From positions 37,115-101,114 of the forward strand of contig JACKHS010000012.1 in the NCBI GenBank assembly GCA_020638875.1: a stretch of 64,000 nucleotides of DNA, read 5' to 3'. Positions 44,990-53,056 of the stretch are shown piece after piece. The notes below the pieces were generated by a model. That model was not told the DNA's origin. It saw nothing but the letters and a program-made list of their open reading frames with translations, and did no database searches. The stretch is from Planctomycetota bacterium (GTDB lineage Bacteria > Planctomycetota > UBA1135 > GCA-002686595). Position 1 is the first letter of the stretch, and each line of letters begins with the position of its first letter. A program made the translations under genes and the position numbers.

Positions 44990-46225
44990 TCAGGCTCCGC
45001 CGGTCTCCGCCGAGCGTGCGCGGAACTCGCCCAGCATGATCGGCGTGGCGACCTTCACCATCAGCGTGAAGAGCAGGAAGCCCACCGAGAAGATGCCGGC
45101 CGAGATCGCGATCTCGGACCGCGAGGGGAAGTACTCGTAGATCTCGCCGAGCGTATCGGGCGTCATGCCCGGGATGACGAGCCCCATGCCCTTCTCCAGG
45201 TACACGCCGAGGTAGATCAGCAGGCAGCCCAGGTTCAGGGTGAAGACGTTGCGCCGCGTCGCCGGGATGAGGAACAGCAGGAACGCCGCGATCGAGCAGA
45301 AGACCGAGAGCCACATGAAGGGCACGATCGCGGTGTGGCCGTCGACCCCCGTGAACATGTACTGCATGTGGATCAGGTGCTCGGTCGCGGAGTAGTACTC
45401 CTTGAAGACCTCGGCACCGAGCAGGAACAGGTTCAGGCCCATGAAGTAGGCCATGAGCTCGGCGATCTTCCAGATGGCCTCGTCGCGGATCTCGAAGCGC
45501 GTGAAGCGCCGCAGGATCTGCATCAGCACCAAGAGCACCGCGGGTCCCGAGCACAGCGCGGACGCGATGAAGCGCGGCGCGAGGATGGCGGTGTTCCAGA
45601 AGGGGCGCGCGGGCAGGCCGTTGTAGAGGAACGCCGTCACCGTGTGGATGCCGATCGCGCAAGGGATCGAGAACAGCACCAGCGGGGTGAAGATCGAGGT
45701 GTTCGGCTTCTTGCCCAGGAAGTAGCGGAACAGCATGTAGGTGACGATGACGAAGTTCAGCACCAGGTAGCCGTTCAGCACGATCACGTCCCACGCCAGC
45801 AGGGACGAGGGCAGGTTGAGCCGGCCGAACCACGGGATCAGGTGCCACGCGCGCTCGGGGTGGCCGATGTCGACGAAGACGAACAGCCCGCACATCGCGA
45901 TGGCCGCCACGGCCAACAGCTCGCCCAGGATCGCCACCTCCTTGATCGGCCCCCAGTGATACACGTACGCGGGGACCACGAGCAGCACGGCCGCCGCGGC
46001 CACGCCGACGAGGAAGGTGAAGTTGCCGATGTACAGCCCCCACGAGCACTGGTCGCGCATGCTCGTGGTGATCAGGCCGTGCTGGAGCTGCTCGGCGTAG
46101 AAGTAGCCGCCGATGCCGATCATGACGAGCAGCGCCACGATCCAGGCCCAGTACAGCGGGCCGCCGCGCAGGATGATGCGGAGGCTGCCGGAGACGAAGC
46201 CGACGAAGTTCTTGTAGGTCTGCAT
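44990..46225 (-). CDS. NrfD/PsrC-family integral membrane quinone-interacting subunit (module 2)
   Basis: 411-aa polytopic hydrophobic protein (..WGLYIGNFTFLVGVAAAAVLLVVPAY.., ..LNGYLVLNFVIVTYMLF..). It lies 16 nt downstream of its FeS partner. Confidence 0.8.
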   Translation of the reverse strand: MQTYKNFVGFVSGSLRIILRGGPLYWAWIVALLVMIGIGGYFYAEQLQHGLITTSMRDQCSWGLYIGNFTFLVGVAAAAVLLVVPAYVYHWGPIKEVAILGELLAVAAIAMCGLFVFVDIGHPERAWHLIPWFGRLNLPSSLLAWDVIVLNGYLVLNFVIVTYMLFRYFLGKKPNTSIFTPLVLFSIPCAIGIHTVTAFLYNGLPARPFWNTAILAPRFIASALCSGPAVLLVLMQILRRFTRFEIRDEAIWKIAELMAYFMGLNLFLLGAEVFKEYYSATEHLIHMQYMFTGVDGHTAIVPFMWLSVFCSIAAFLLFLIPATRRNVFTLNLGCLLIYLGVYLEKGMGLVIPGMTPDTLGEIYEYFPSRSEIAISAGIFSVGFLLFTLMVKVATPIMLGEFRARSAETGGA

Positions 46226-46241
46226 CTGAGTGCGCTCCGGG

Positions 46242-47126
46242 TCAGACGCCGTAGAAGTAGAAGAACCGAGGGTGGGTCTCGAGCTCCGTCTTCAGGACGA
46301 AGATGCGCTTGGACCGGAGCACCTCGCGGATCTCGCTGAGCGGGTCGAGCAGGTTGCCGAACTTGCGCGCGCCCACCGGGCAGACCTCGACACACGCGGG
46401 GTAGAGCCCCTCGCGCGTGCGCTGGATGCAGAACGTGCACTTCTCGACGACGCCCTTGTGGCGCGGCCGGTTGCCGAGCAGGTGCGTCTTCGGGTTGATG
46501 TCCTCGGCGGGGATCTCCGGCTCGGCCCAGTTGAAATGGCGCGCGCCGTAGGGACACGACGAGACGCAGCAGCGGCAGCCGATGCACCAGTCGTAGTCGA
46601 TGACGACGATGCCGTCCGGCTCCTTCCACGTGGCGTTCACGGGGCAGGACTTGACGCAGGGCGGGTCGGCACAGTGCTGACAGGCCACCGGCAGGTAGAA
46701 GTGCCCGTCGCGCGGCACCTTCTCGGCCTCGTAGTACGCGTTCGCGTGCGCGAAGTCGATGCCGCGCGCCTTGTCCATCTCGAGCACGCGGATCCACTGG
46801 ACCTCGGGATCACGACTCTGGTTGTTCTCCTCGACGCACGCGTGCACGCAGCGGCGGCACCCGATGCACCGCGAGATGTCGAGGGCGTAGGCGAACTGCA
46901 CGCCTTCGCGCGGTCCTTGCGTGCCGACCTCGATGTCGACGCCGTACTGGTCCTTGTAGTCAGCTTCGAGGTCCGCGACGAGTTGCTCGATCTGCTTCTC
47001 GTCGAGCTCGTGCAGGTGGTCTCGGAAGAAGGGCGTGTGCGTAGGCTCGCTGCAGCTCGCAGCGGCGGCGCATCCAGCGACGGCGCACATGAAGTCACGG
47101 CGCGAGATCGTCATACATCCGCTCAT
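46242..47126 (-). CDS. Tat-signal 4x[4Fe-4S] ferredoxin-type subunit (NrfC/PsrB/HybA-like, module 2)
   Basis: The ATG at 47126 (MSGCMTISRRDFMCAVAGC) overlaps the cytochrome stop (ATGA). Cluster motifs are CIGCRRCVHAC, CQHCADPPCVKSCP, CIGCRCCVSSCP and CTFC..PACVEVCP. Confidence 0.85.
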   Translation of the reverse strand: MSGCMTISRRDFMCAVAGCAAAASCSEPTHTPFFRDHLHELDEKQIEQLVADLEADYKDQYGVDIEVGTQGPREGVQFAYALDISRCIGCRRCVHACVEENNQSRDPEVQWIRVLEMDKARGIDFAHANAYYEAEKVPRDGHFYLPVACQHCADPPCVKSCPVNATWKEPDGIVVIDYDWCIGCRCCVSSCPYGARHFNWAEPEIPAEDINPKTHLLGNRPRHKGVVEKCTFCIQRTREGLYPACVEVCPVGARKFGNLLDPLSEIREVLRSKRIFVLKTELETHPRFFYFYGV

Positions 47127-47740
47127 GGCGTCCTCACGGGGGGCTTGGGCGCGGGCATCGGCTCGAGGGGCTTGAACGCCGGCGCGTGCGAGTAGTGGCA
47201 GTGGACGCAGAGCAGGTAGGTCTTCTCGCCGTCCCAATGGCCGGAGCGGCGCCCGTGGATGCCCCGGCGCCAGTCGCGGTACTTGTCGCCGTGGCACTGA
47301 CCGCAGAGGCGGTAGGACTCCTCGAAGTCGATCAGCTCTCCGCCGGCCAGGTGCAACTTGTCGAAGTCGACGGCGCTGTGGCAGTCGAGGCACCAGCGGT
47401 TCTCGCCGCCGTGGTGCAGCTCGATGTCCTGGTGGGCCCGCGTCAGCTTGCGCGGCGTGCCCTTCACGGGCAGGTCGGGCTCGTGGCAGTCCGTGCAGGG
47501 AAAGACCCCCTCGGAGAACGGCGGCGGCTCCACCTCCAGCTTCCCGGGGTCGGGGTACTCGAGGTTCGGCGGGTCCTCGAAGAGCGCCGGGTCGAGGGAG
47601 CTCTCCGCGTGGGGCTGACCGCAGGCGGCCAGGCCGAGCAGGAGCAGCGGGAACGGGCTCAGGCGCAGCGCGAGGCCGGTCCAGGTGCCTGCACCTGGAG
47701 GGCCGCCGCTCGCGACCGATCGCTGGGGGCTACGCTTCAT
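47123..47740 (-). CDS. tetrahaem cytochrome c3-family lipoprotein (module 2)
   Basis: Start ATG at 47740 (MKRSPQ..), or 47755. Lipobox LLGLAAC. The four CXXCH motifs are CTDCH, CLDCH, CGQCH and CVHCH. Confidence 0.8.
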   Translation of the reverse strand: MKRSPQRSVASGGPPGAGTWTGLALRLSPFPLLLLGLAACGQPHAESSLDPALFEDPPNLEYPDPGKLEVEPPPFSEGVFPCTDCHEPDLPVKGTPRKLTRAHQDIELHHGGENRWCLDCHSAVDFDKLHLAGGELIDFEESYRLCGQCHGDKYRDWRRGIHGRRSGHWDGEKTYLLCVHCHYSHAPAFKPLEPMPAPKPPVRTP

Positions 47741-48112
47741 GGTAGCGGCAAGCATGCAAGCCCCATGCCATATACGGACCTCGGACTCCGCGATAGTGCG
47801 AGGGTGCTCTGCGCCGTGGGCGAAGGACGCCGCACCGGCTCGCCGCGCGCGGCGGCGCGGAGGAATCCCCGGCAGCGGGGCGCCGAGCAGGAGAAATTCC
47901 CCGCGCGCCCGGGCGCCGCGCGACGGACGGTCCAGGGCTCTCGCGTGCGCGCGAGCCCCTCAAAGCTCGCCCCGCAGATCGCCACCGCCCATCGTCGCCC
48001 CCGCCTCGGCCGGCGCGCGGGCGAGGCCGAGCCTGCGCCGCGCGCGCCGCTCGAACGGTGAGGCCGACCGTCGTGAGCCGGCCGCCCCATTGCCCCCGCC
48101 GCGGCCGAGCCC

Positions 48113-49636
48113 TCAGCCCGGCGGCGCCACGACGTAGACCGCCGCGGAGTACAGCGTCAGCACCACTCCGACGATGAAGATCACCGGACTGAAGGGCAGC
48201 ACCGGGTCGAGGAACGACTCCGTCCCGAACCGCGCGGAGTAGAGCAACCCCACGCCGGCGAGGCTCAGGCCGACCAGCAGCGTCAGCGCGGAGAGACTGC
48301 CCCGCGTCAGCCGGCGCCTCGCCGACTCCGGCACGAACTCGCTGACGATGCGCCCGTGATAGTGGTTCAGCGGAACGATGGGGAACAGCCGCGCGAACGC
48401 CACGAGGGCGAGGACGCCGAGGCTGCAGATGCCCGCGAGGACGCCGAGCTCCAGGAAGTTCGGGGAGTACACGCCATCCACGTAGTTCATGAAGTGCCCG
48501 TTCGTCTGCCCCGGCACGATGACCAGGAAGCGCCGCAGGAGGACGCTGACGTTGACGAGCAGGCCGACGGCGATCATCAGCTTCACCCTCGGCGTCCGCC
48601 GCACGAACTGATACAGGAGCATCACGAGCGCGAGCAGCATGGTCCCGACCATCGTCCAGTACGCCGGCGCGTAGTCGCCGAACAGGATCGCGTCCGAGAC
48701 GCGCACCTCGGCCTCGCGTCCCGTGTAGCGCTCGGTCAGCGTCTCGGACAGCAGGATGTAGAAGAACACCGAGATCAGGACGACCAAGGCGTTCCCGAGG
48801 CGCAGGAACGCGCGCTCGGGGATCATCTGCGGCGCGGCGATCCGGTGGCGGAAGAGGCCCGCGATCGCGGTGATCGCTCCAACGCCGGAGATGCTGGCCA
48901 CGATCAGCAAGCTGGGGGCGCGCAGCGCACCGTACCAACCGGGCCGTCCGCCCTGGATGCCGAAGATGAAGCCCAGCGTCGAGAACGCGATCACGATGAA
49001 GGGGAAGATCACGAGCGAGAGCCAGAAGCGCGCCTTGCGATGGCGCCGCAGCTCGTTGTCGCTGCCCTTGTAACCCGTGGCCCAGAGGCGATAGGCCCAG
49101 CTCCAGGGCCGCTTCTGTCGCCCGCACCACGCGGCGTCGCCGCGCCCGCCGAGGTAGAGCATCACCAAGCTCGCGGCGATGTCGACGCCCACGATCAGCG
49201 TGAACGAGCCGAAGAAGGGCGAGGAGACGTTTGCGTAGCTGGGCAGGTTCCTCAGCGCCGCGAGCGGCCGGCCCTGGTCGGCCATGACGCACAACGCACC
49301 CATCACGAGCGAGATCACCGCGACGTACTCGGACAGCCTCGAGAGCGGCCGCAGCTCACGGATGCGGAAGAGGTGCGCGAGCGTCGCGATCTCCACGCCG
49401 GCGATCGCGATCCCGACGAAGAAGACGGAGGACAGGATGAAGACGCCCCACGCCGCGCCGCCGCTGCCGACGGACCGCATGTTCGTCACGATGTCGCCGT
49501 GGAGGCGCTGCTGCGCGTAGCACCACAGGCCGAAGAGGACGAGGCAGCAGGGGAAGACCACCAAGCCGAGGCTCCCCTTCCACGTCAACGGCGGGAGCCT
49601 CAGGTTGGCGAGCGGGACGTCGTCGATGCCGTTCAT
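48113..49636 (-). CDS. NrfD/PsrC-family integral membrane subunit, long form (module 1)
   Basis: The ATG at 49636 (MNGIDDVPLANL..) overlaps the FeS-subunit stop (ATGA). It is a 507-aa polytopic membrane protein (..AAWGVFILSSVFFVGIAIAG..). Confidence 0.8.
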   Translation of the reverse strand: MNGIDDVPLANLRLPPLTWKGSLGLVVFPCCLVLFGLWCYAQQRLHGDIVTNMRSVGSGGAAWGVFILSSVFFVGIAIAGVEIATLAHLFRIRELRPLSRLSEYVAVISLVMGALCVMADQGRPLAALRNLPSYANVSSPFFGSFTLIVGVDIAASLVMLYLGGRGDAAWCGRQKRPWSWAYRLWATGYKGSDNELRRHRKARFWLSLVIFPFIVIAFSTLGFIFGIQGGRPGWYGALRAPSLLIVASISGVGAITAIAGLFRHRIAAPQMIPERAFLRLGNALVVLISVFFYILLSETLTERYTGREAEVRVSDAILFGDYAPAYWTMVGTMLLALVMLLYQFVRRTPRVKLMIAVGLLVNVSVLLRRFLVIVPGQTNGHFMNYVDGVYSPNFLELGVLAGICSLGVLALVAFARLFPIVPLNHYHGRIVSEFVPESARRRLTRGSLSALTLLVGLSLAGVGLLYSARFGTESFLDPVLPFSPVIFIVGVVLTLYSAAVYVVAPPG

Positions 49637-50460
49637 CGGAACTCCCTGCGGGCCTTCGACAGGTAGTAGATCTTGGGTCTGGTGCCGATGTGCTCGTAGT
49701 CCCGCCGCGCACGCGGGCTGCCGGCCATGGCCGCGACGCGACTGTCGCGGTCGTTGAGGTCGCCGAAGGTGATCGCGCCGGCGGGGCACGCTTCGGCGCA
49801 GGCGGGCAGCCGCTCGTACACCTCGCGCGGCACCTCCTCACCGGCGACCTTCGCCTCCTCGCGGACGCGACGCAGGCGCTGATGGCAGAACGTGCACTTC
49901 TCGACGACGCCTTCGGGGCGCAGGGCGACGTCGGGGTTCATCATGCTGCGGTAGCTGTCGGGCCACTCCGCGCGCTTCCAGTTGAAGGAGCGCCGCGAGT
50001 ACGGGCAGGCGACGGTGCAGTAGCGGCAGCCGATGCAGCGGTCCCAGATCTGCGCGACGATGCCTTCGTCGTTCCGGTACGTGGCCCCCACCGGGCAGAC
50101 CTTGACGCACGGCGGGTTGTCGCAGTGGAAGCAGGGTGTCGGCATCAGCTCGACGGGGAGGCCGCTCTCCGGCTCGTCACGGCTGCCGCGGGGCAGCAGG
50201 CTCATCCACTCGATCTCCGCGCCCTTCGCCTCCGGCGCGCGCCCGTTGATGGGGACGTTGTTCTCCGACTTGCAGGCCACGACGCAACCGCCGCAGCCCG
50301 TGCAGAGATCCAGGTCGATCGCCATCCCCCACTTCGGACGCTGCGCAGGCGCCTCGCGCGCCTCGTCGAGCGCCGCGGCCGAGGCCGTGGCGCCCGTCGC
50401 GCCGGCGGCGAGCCCGCCGAGGAAGGCGCGCCGGGAGTGGATCGGATCCTGACGGCTCAG
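49633..50460 (-). CDS. Tat-signal 4x[4Fe-4S] ferredoxin-type subunit (module 1); start codon uncertain
   Basis: Twin-arginine motif HSRRAFLGGLAAGA. Cluster motifs are CTGCGGCVVAC, CFHCDNPPCVKVCP, CIGCRYCTVACP and CTFC..PACAEACP. No ATG/GTG/TTG lies between the MopB stop and the RR motif. The CTG at 50460 follows AGGAGG at 8 nt spacing and overlaps the upstream stop (CTGA). The alternative GTG at 50529 has no SD. Confidence 0.75.
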   Translation of the reverse strand: MSRQDPIHSRRAFLGGLAAGATGATASAAALDEAREAPAQRPKWGMAIDLDLCTGCGGCVVACKSENNVPINGRAPEAKGAEIEWMSLLPRGSRDEPESGLPVELMPTPCFHCDNPPCVKVCPVGATYRNDEGIVAQIWDRCIGCRYCTVACPYSRRSFNWKRAEWPDSYRSMMNPDVALRPEGVVEKCTFCHQRLRRVREEAKVAGEEVPREVYERLPACAEACPAGAITFGDLNDRDSRVAAMAGSPRARRDYEHIGTRPKIYYLSKARREFR

Positions 50461-52838
50461 GCCTGACTCCTCCTGATGGCCACGCGGGTCCCTTGCAGCG
50501 CGGCACCGCCGCCCAGCGGGTCGGCGCACTGGGTGGAGACGAGCTCCATGACGTTGGAGCCCCAGTCCTTGGCGTAGCGGCCCATGGCCGTGTGGCCGGC
50601 ACCGAGGGCCACGCGCACGACGCCCTCGCACACGCCGGCCGTCGGGTAGGCGCGCGCTTCGATGGCGCCGACCTCGCTCTCGATCACGATCAGGTCGCCG
50701 GCACCCACGCCCAGCGACGCCGCCGTGCTCGGGTGCAGCTCGGCCTCGGTGGCCCAGGTCCGCCGGCCCTTCCAGGGCGCCAGCTCCGTCAGCCACGGGA
50801 GGTTGGCACCGCTGCCCTTGGCGTACGTGTGCGGCTTGTACGGCACGAGCAACAGCGGGAAGCGCTGCGGATCGCCGTACGTGACCTGCGGGCGGTAGCC
50901 CGGGCTGCAGAGCTCGTCGAGCTCGGCGCCCCGAGGCGCCGCGGCGCCGTCGCGCGCGACGATCGCGTCACGCAGCGCCGCCGGACAGAACTCGAAGCGG
51001 CCCGACTCCGTGGCGAGCACGCGCGTCCAACTCTCGAACGCGTACGACTCGCCGTCCCACGAGCCCTCTGCGTACAGGCGGCGCAGGAAGTCAGCGCCCT
51101 TGGCCTCGACGATCGAGCCTGCGCCGGCCTGGAACAGGCCGAGCACGCGCTTCTTCACCGCGTCCTGGAAGTCCTTCCAGGGCAGCGCCGCGGCGACCTC
51201 TTCGCCCAGCGCGTCGGCGAGCTCGATGAGCACGTCGCCCGTGTGGCGCGTGTCGAGCTGCCGCTCGACGACCGGCTGACGCAGACCGAAGATCGCGCGC
51301 CCGACGTTCGGCTGCGCGCACGAGTCCTCCCAGCGCTCGAGCCAGGTGTCGTCGGGCAGCACGAGGTCGGCGCACTCCACCGTCGTCTCGTCCGCGAAGG
51401 GCGAGAAGGACACGACGAACGGAACGCGGGCCAGCGCCTTGCGCCAGGTCGCCGCGTCGGCGCGGGAGTAGACGGGGTTGGTCGAGTCGATCAACATCGT
51501 GTCGAGCGCCGGCGCCTCCCCCGCCAGCAGCGCCGCGGGCAACGCGTCCAGCGACGTCTCGAGCACCTGGCCCGCGTCGCGGCGCGCGCAGCTCAGCGCC
51601 GGGCGCTCGAGGCCCGCCAGGGCCACGTCGTCGAGCTCGAGCTCCGGCCACGCGGCCAGCGGCGCGGCGCACTGCACCAGCAGGCCGCCGGGGCGATCGA
51701 TCGCCCCCAGCAGCGCGTTCAGGGCGTGCACCGCCATCGCCGTCTGCACGCCGTTCGAGGCGCGCAGGTCGTCGCGTCCCGTCAACGCGAAGGCCGCACC
51801 GGCCTCCGCCGCGAGGTGCGCGATGTCCACGATCTCCGCCGGGTCGACGCCGCACAGCTCGGCGACCTTCTCGGGCGTGTAGTCGGCGAGCAGGCTGCGG
51901 AAGCCCTTGTGCTCGCCGGCAGCGTCGCTCCAGTCCTCGAAGCCCTGCGTGTGCTCGCGGACGAAGTCCTGGTCGAAGTCCTCGTCGCGCACGAGCACGT
52001 GCGCCACGCCGAGCGCGAACGCCGCGCTCGTCCCCGGCGCTGCCTGGATCCACTCGTCCGCGTTCATCGCCGTGCGCGAGAGCGCCGGGCCGACGTGCAC
52101 GATGCGCGGGCGGTCCACGCCGCCGCGGCGCTGACCGCGGGCGCGCGCGAAGTTGAGCAGTTGGCAGGACGTGTCGAGCACGCCCGAGCCCAAGCTCAGG
52201 ACGAAGCGCGCGTTGGCCCAGTCGTAGGCCGGCAGGTCGTCGACGCCCTGCATGGCGCGCATGGCCGTCAGGGTCGGACCGTCCTCCACGCCGCGCGTGT
52301 CGACGAAGTTCGGCGTGCCGTAGGCCCGCGCGAAGCGCTGCCACGACTCGTACATCAGCCCGCGCTCACGGCCGCAGAGCACGCCCAGCTCGTGCGTGCG
52401 GTGGCTCTCGCGCAGGCTGCCGAGGCGCGTGGACAGCAGCTCGAGCGCCGCGTCCCAGCCGATCGGTTCGAGCGCGCCGCCGCGCGCCTTGCGCACCATG
52501 GGCTGCGCGAAGCGGTCCGGGTCGTACAGCACTTGCGGAGACGAGAGGCCCCTCGGACCGACGCCGCCGCGGTTGACCGGATTCATGGGGTTCCCCTCGA
52601 TTTTCACCGCGCGCCCCTCGACGACGCGCACGCGCAGTCCGCAGCCAGCCGAGCACTGGCCGCACGAGGTGGCTACCCAGCGCTCCTCGCCGTAGGACCA
52701 GCCTGCGCTGCCGGGCACGGGGAGCTTGTTGGGCTTGAACGGGTCGCGATTCTGCGCGCACGCCGTGAGCGCAACACCGAGCCCGCCGGCTCCGGCGGCG
52801 CGTAGGAGTTGTCGGCGAGTCGTCTTGGATCTGACCAT
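50457..52838 (-). CDS. Tat-exported molybdopterin-oxidoreductase (MopB) family subunit with incomplete FS0 cysteine motif
   Basis: MVRSKTTRRQLLRAAGAGGLGVALTAC has a Tat motif plus a lipobox-like LTAC. The FS0 region reads CGQCSAGCG...IEGNPMNPVNRGGVGPRG, with Gly where the fourth Cys of N-x-G-x-x-C-x-K/R-G is expected. MopB-like sequence continues for 793 aa. Confidence 0.85.
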   Translation of the reverse strand: MVRSKTTRRQLLRAAGAGGLGVALTACAQNRDPFKPNKLPVPGSAGWSYGEERWVATSCGQCSAGCGLRVRVVEGRAVKIEGNPMNPVNRGGVGPRGLSSPQVLYDPDRFAQPMVRKARGGALEPIGWDAALELLSTRLGSLRESHRTHELGVLCGRERGLMYESWQRFARAYGTPNFVDTRGVEDGPTLTAMRAMQGVDDLPAYDWANARFVLSLGSGVLDTSCQLLNFARARGQRRGGVDRPRIVHVGPALSRTAMNADEWIQAAPGTSAAFALGVAHVLVRDEDFDQDFVREHTQGFEDWSDAAGEHKGFRSLLADYTPEKVAELCGVDPAEIVDIAHLAAEAGAAFALTGRDDLRASNGVQTAMAVHALNALLGAIDRPGGLLVQCAAPLAAWPELELDDVALAGLERPALSCARRDAGQVLETSLDALPAALLAGEAPALDTMLIDSTNPVYSRADAATWRKALARVPFVVSFSPFADETTVECADLVLPDDTWLERWEDSCAQPNVGRAIFGLRQPVVERQLDTRHTGDVLIELADALGEEVAAALPWKDFQDAVKKRVLGLFQAGAGSIVEAKGADFLRRLYAEGSWDGESYAFESWTRVLATESGRFEFCPAALRDAIVARDGAAAPRGAELDELCSPGYRPQVTYGDPQRFPLLLVPYKPHTYAKGSGANLPWLTELAPWKGRRTWATEAELHPSTAASLGVGAGDLIVIESEVGAIEARAYPTAGVCEGVVRVALGAGHTAMGRYAKDWGSNVMELVSTQCADPLGGGAALQGTRVAIRRSQA

Positions 52839-53056
52839 GACCTGGAGGCGGGCACTTCGCCCTGGTCGCGTCCCTCGCCCGAAGGAAGTCGACCTAGCAG
52901 CGCGTCGAAGCAGCGCTTCGGAGGCCAGGGCGACGGCATCCGCTTCGGTGTGGCGTCCGGAGACACAGGCGAATCGGTGGATTCGGCGAGGCTTCCAGGC
53001 ACCGCACCGAGGCGGAGGACGTCGTCATGGCGCCGGAGGACTTCTTCAACGGGCTG

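Noticed and set aside
49633-50796. 387-codon version of the module-1 FeS subunit starting at ATG 50796
   Set aside because: It would overlap the MopB gene by 340 nt with an Arg/Gly-rich prefix. The recognisable protein begins at the twin-arginine signal near 50440.
50457-52838. Possible selenocysteine (in-frame TGA) in the MopB subunit
   Set aside because: The ORF is continuous with no internal TGA, and no SECIS-like requirement arises.
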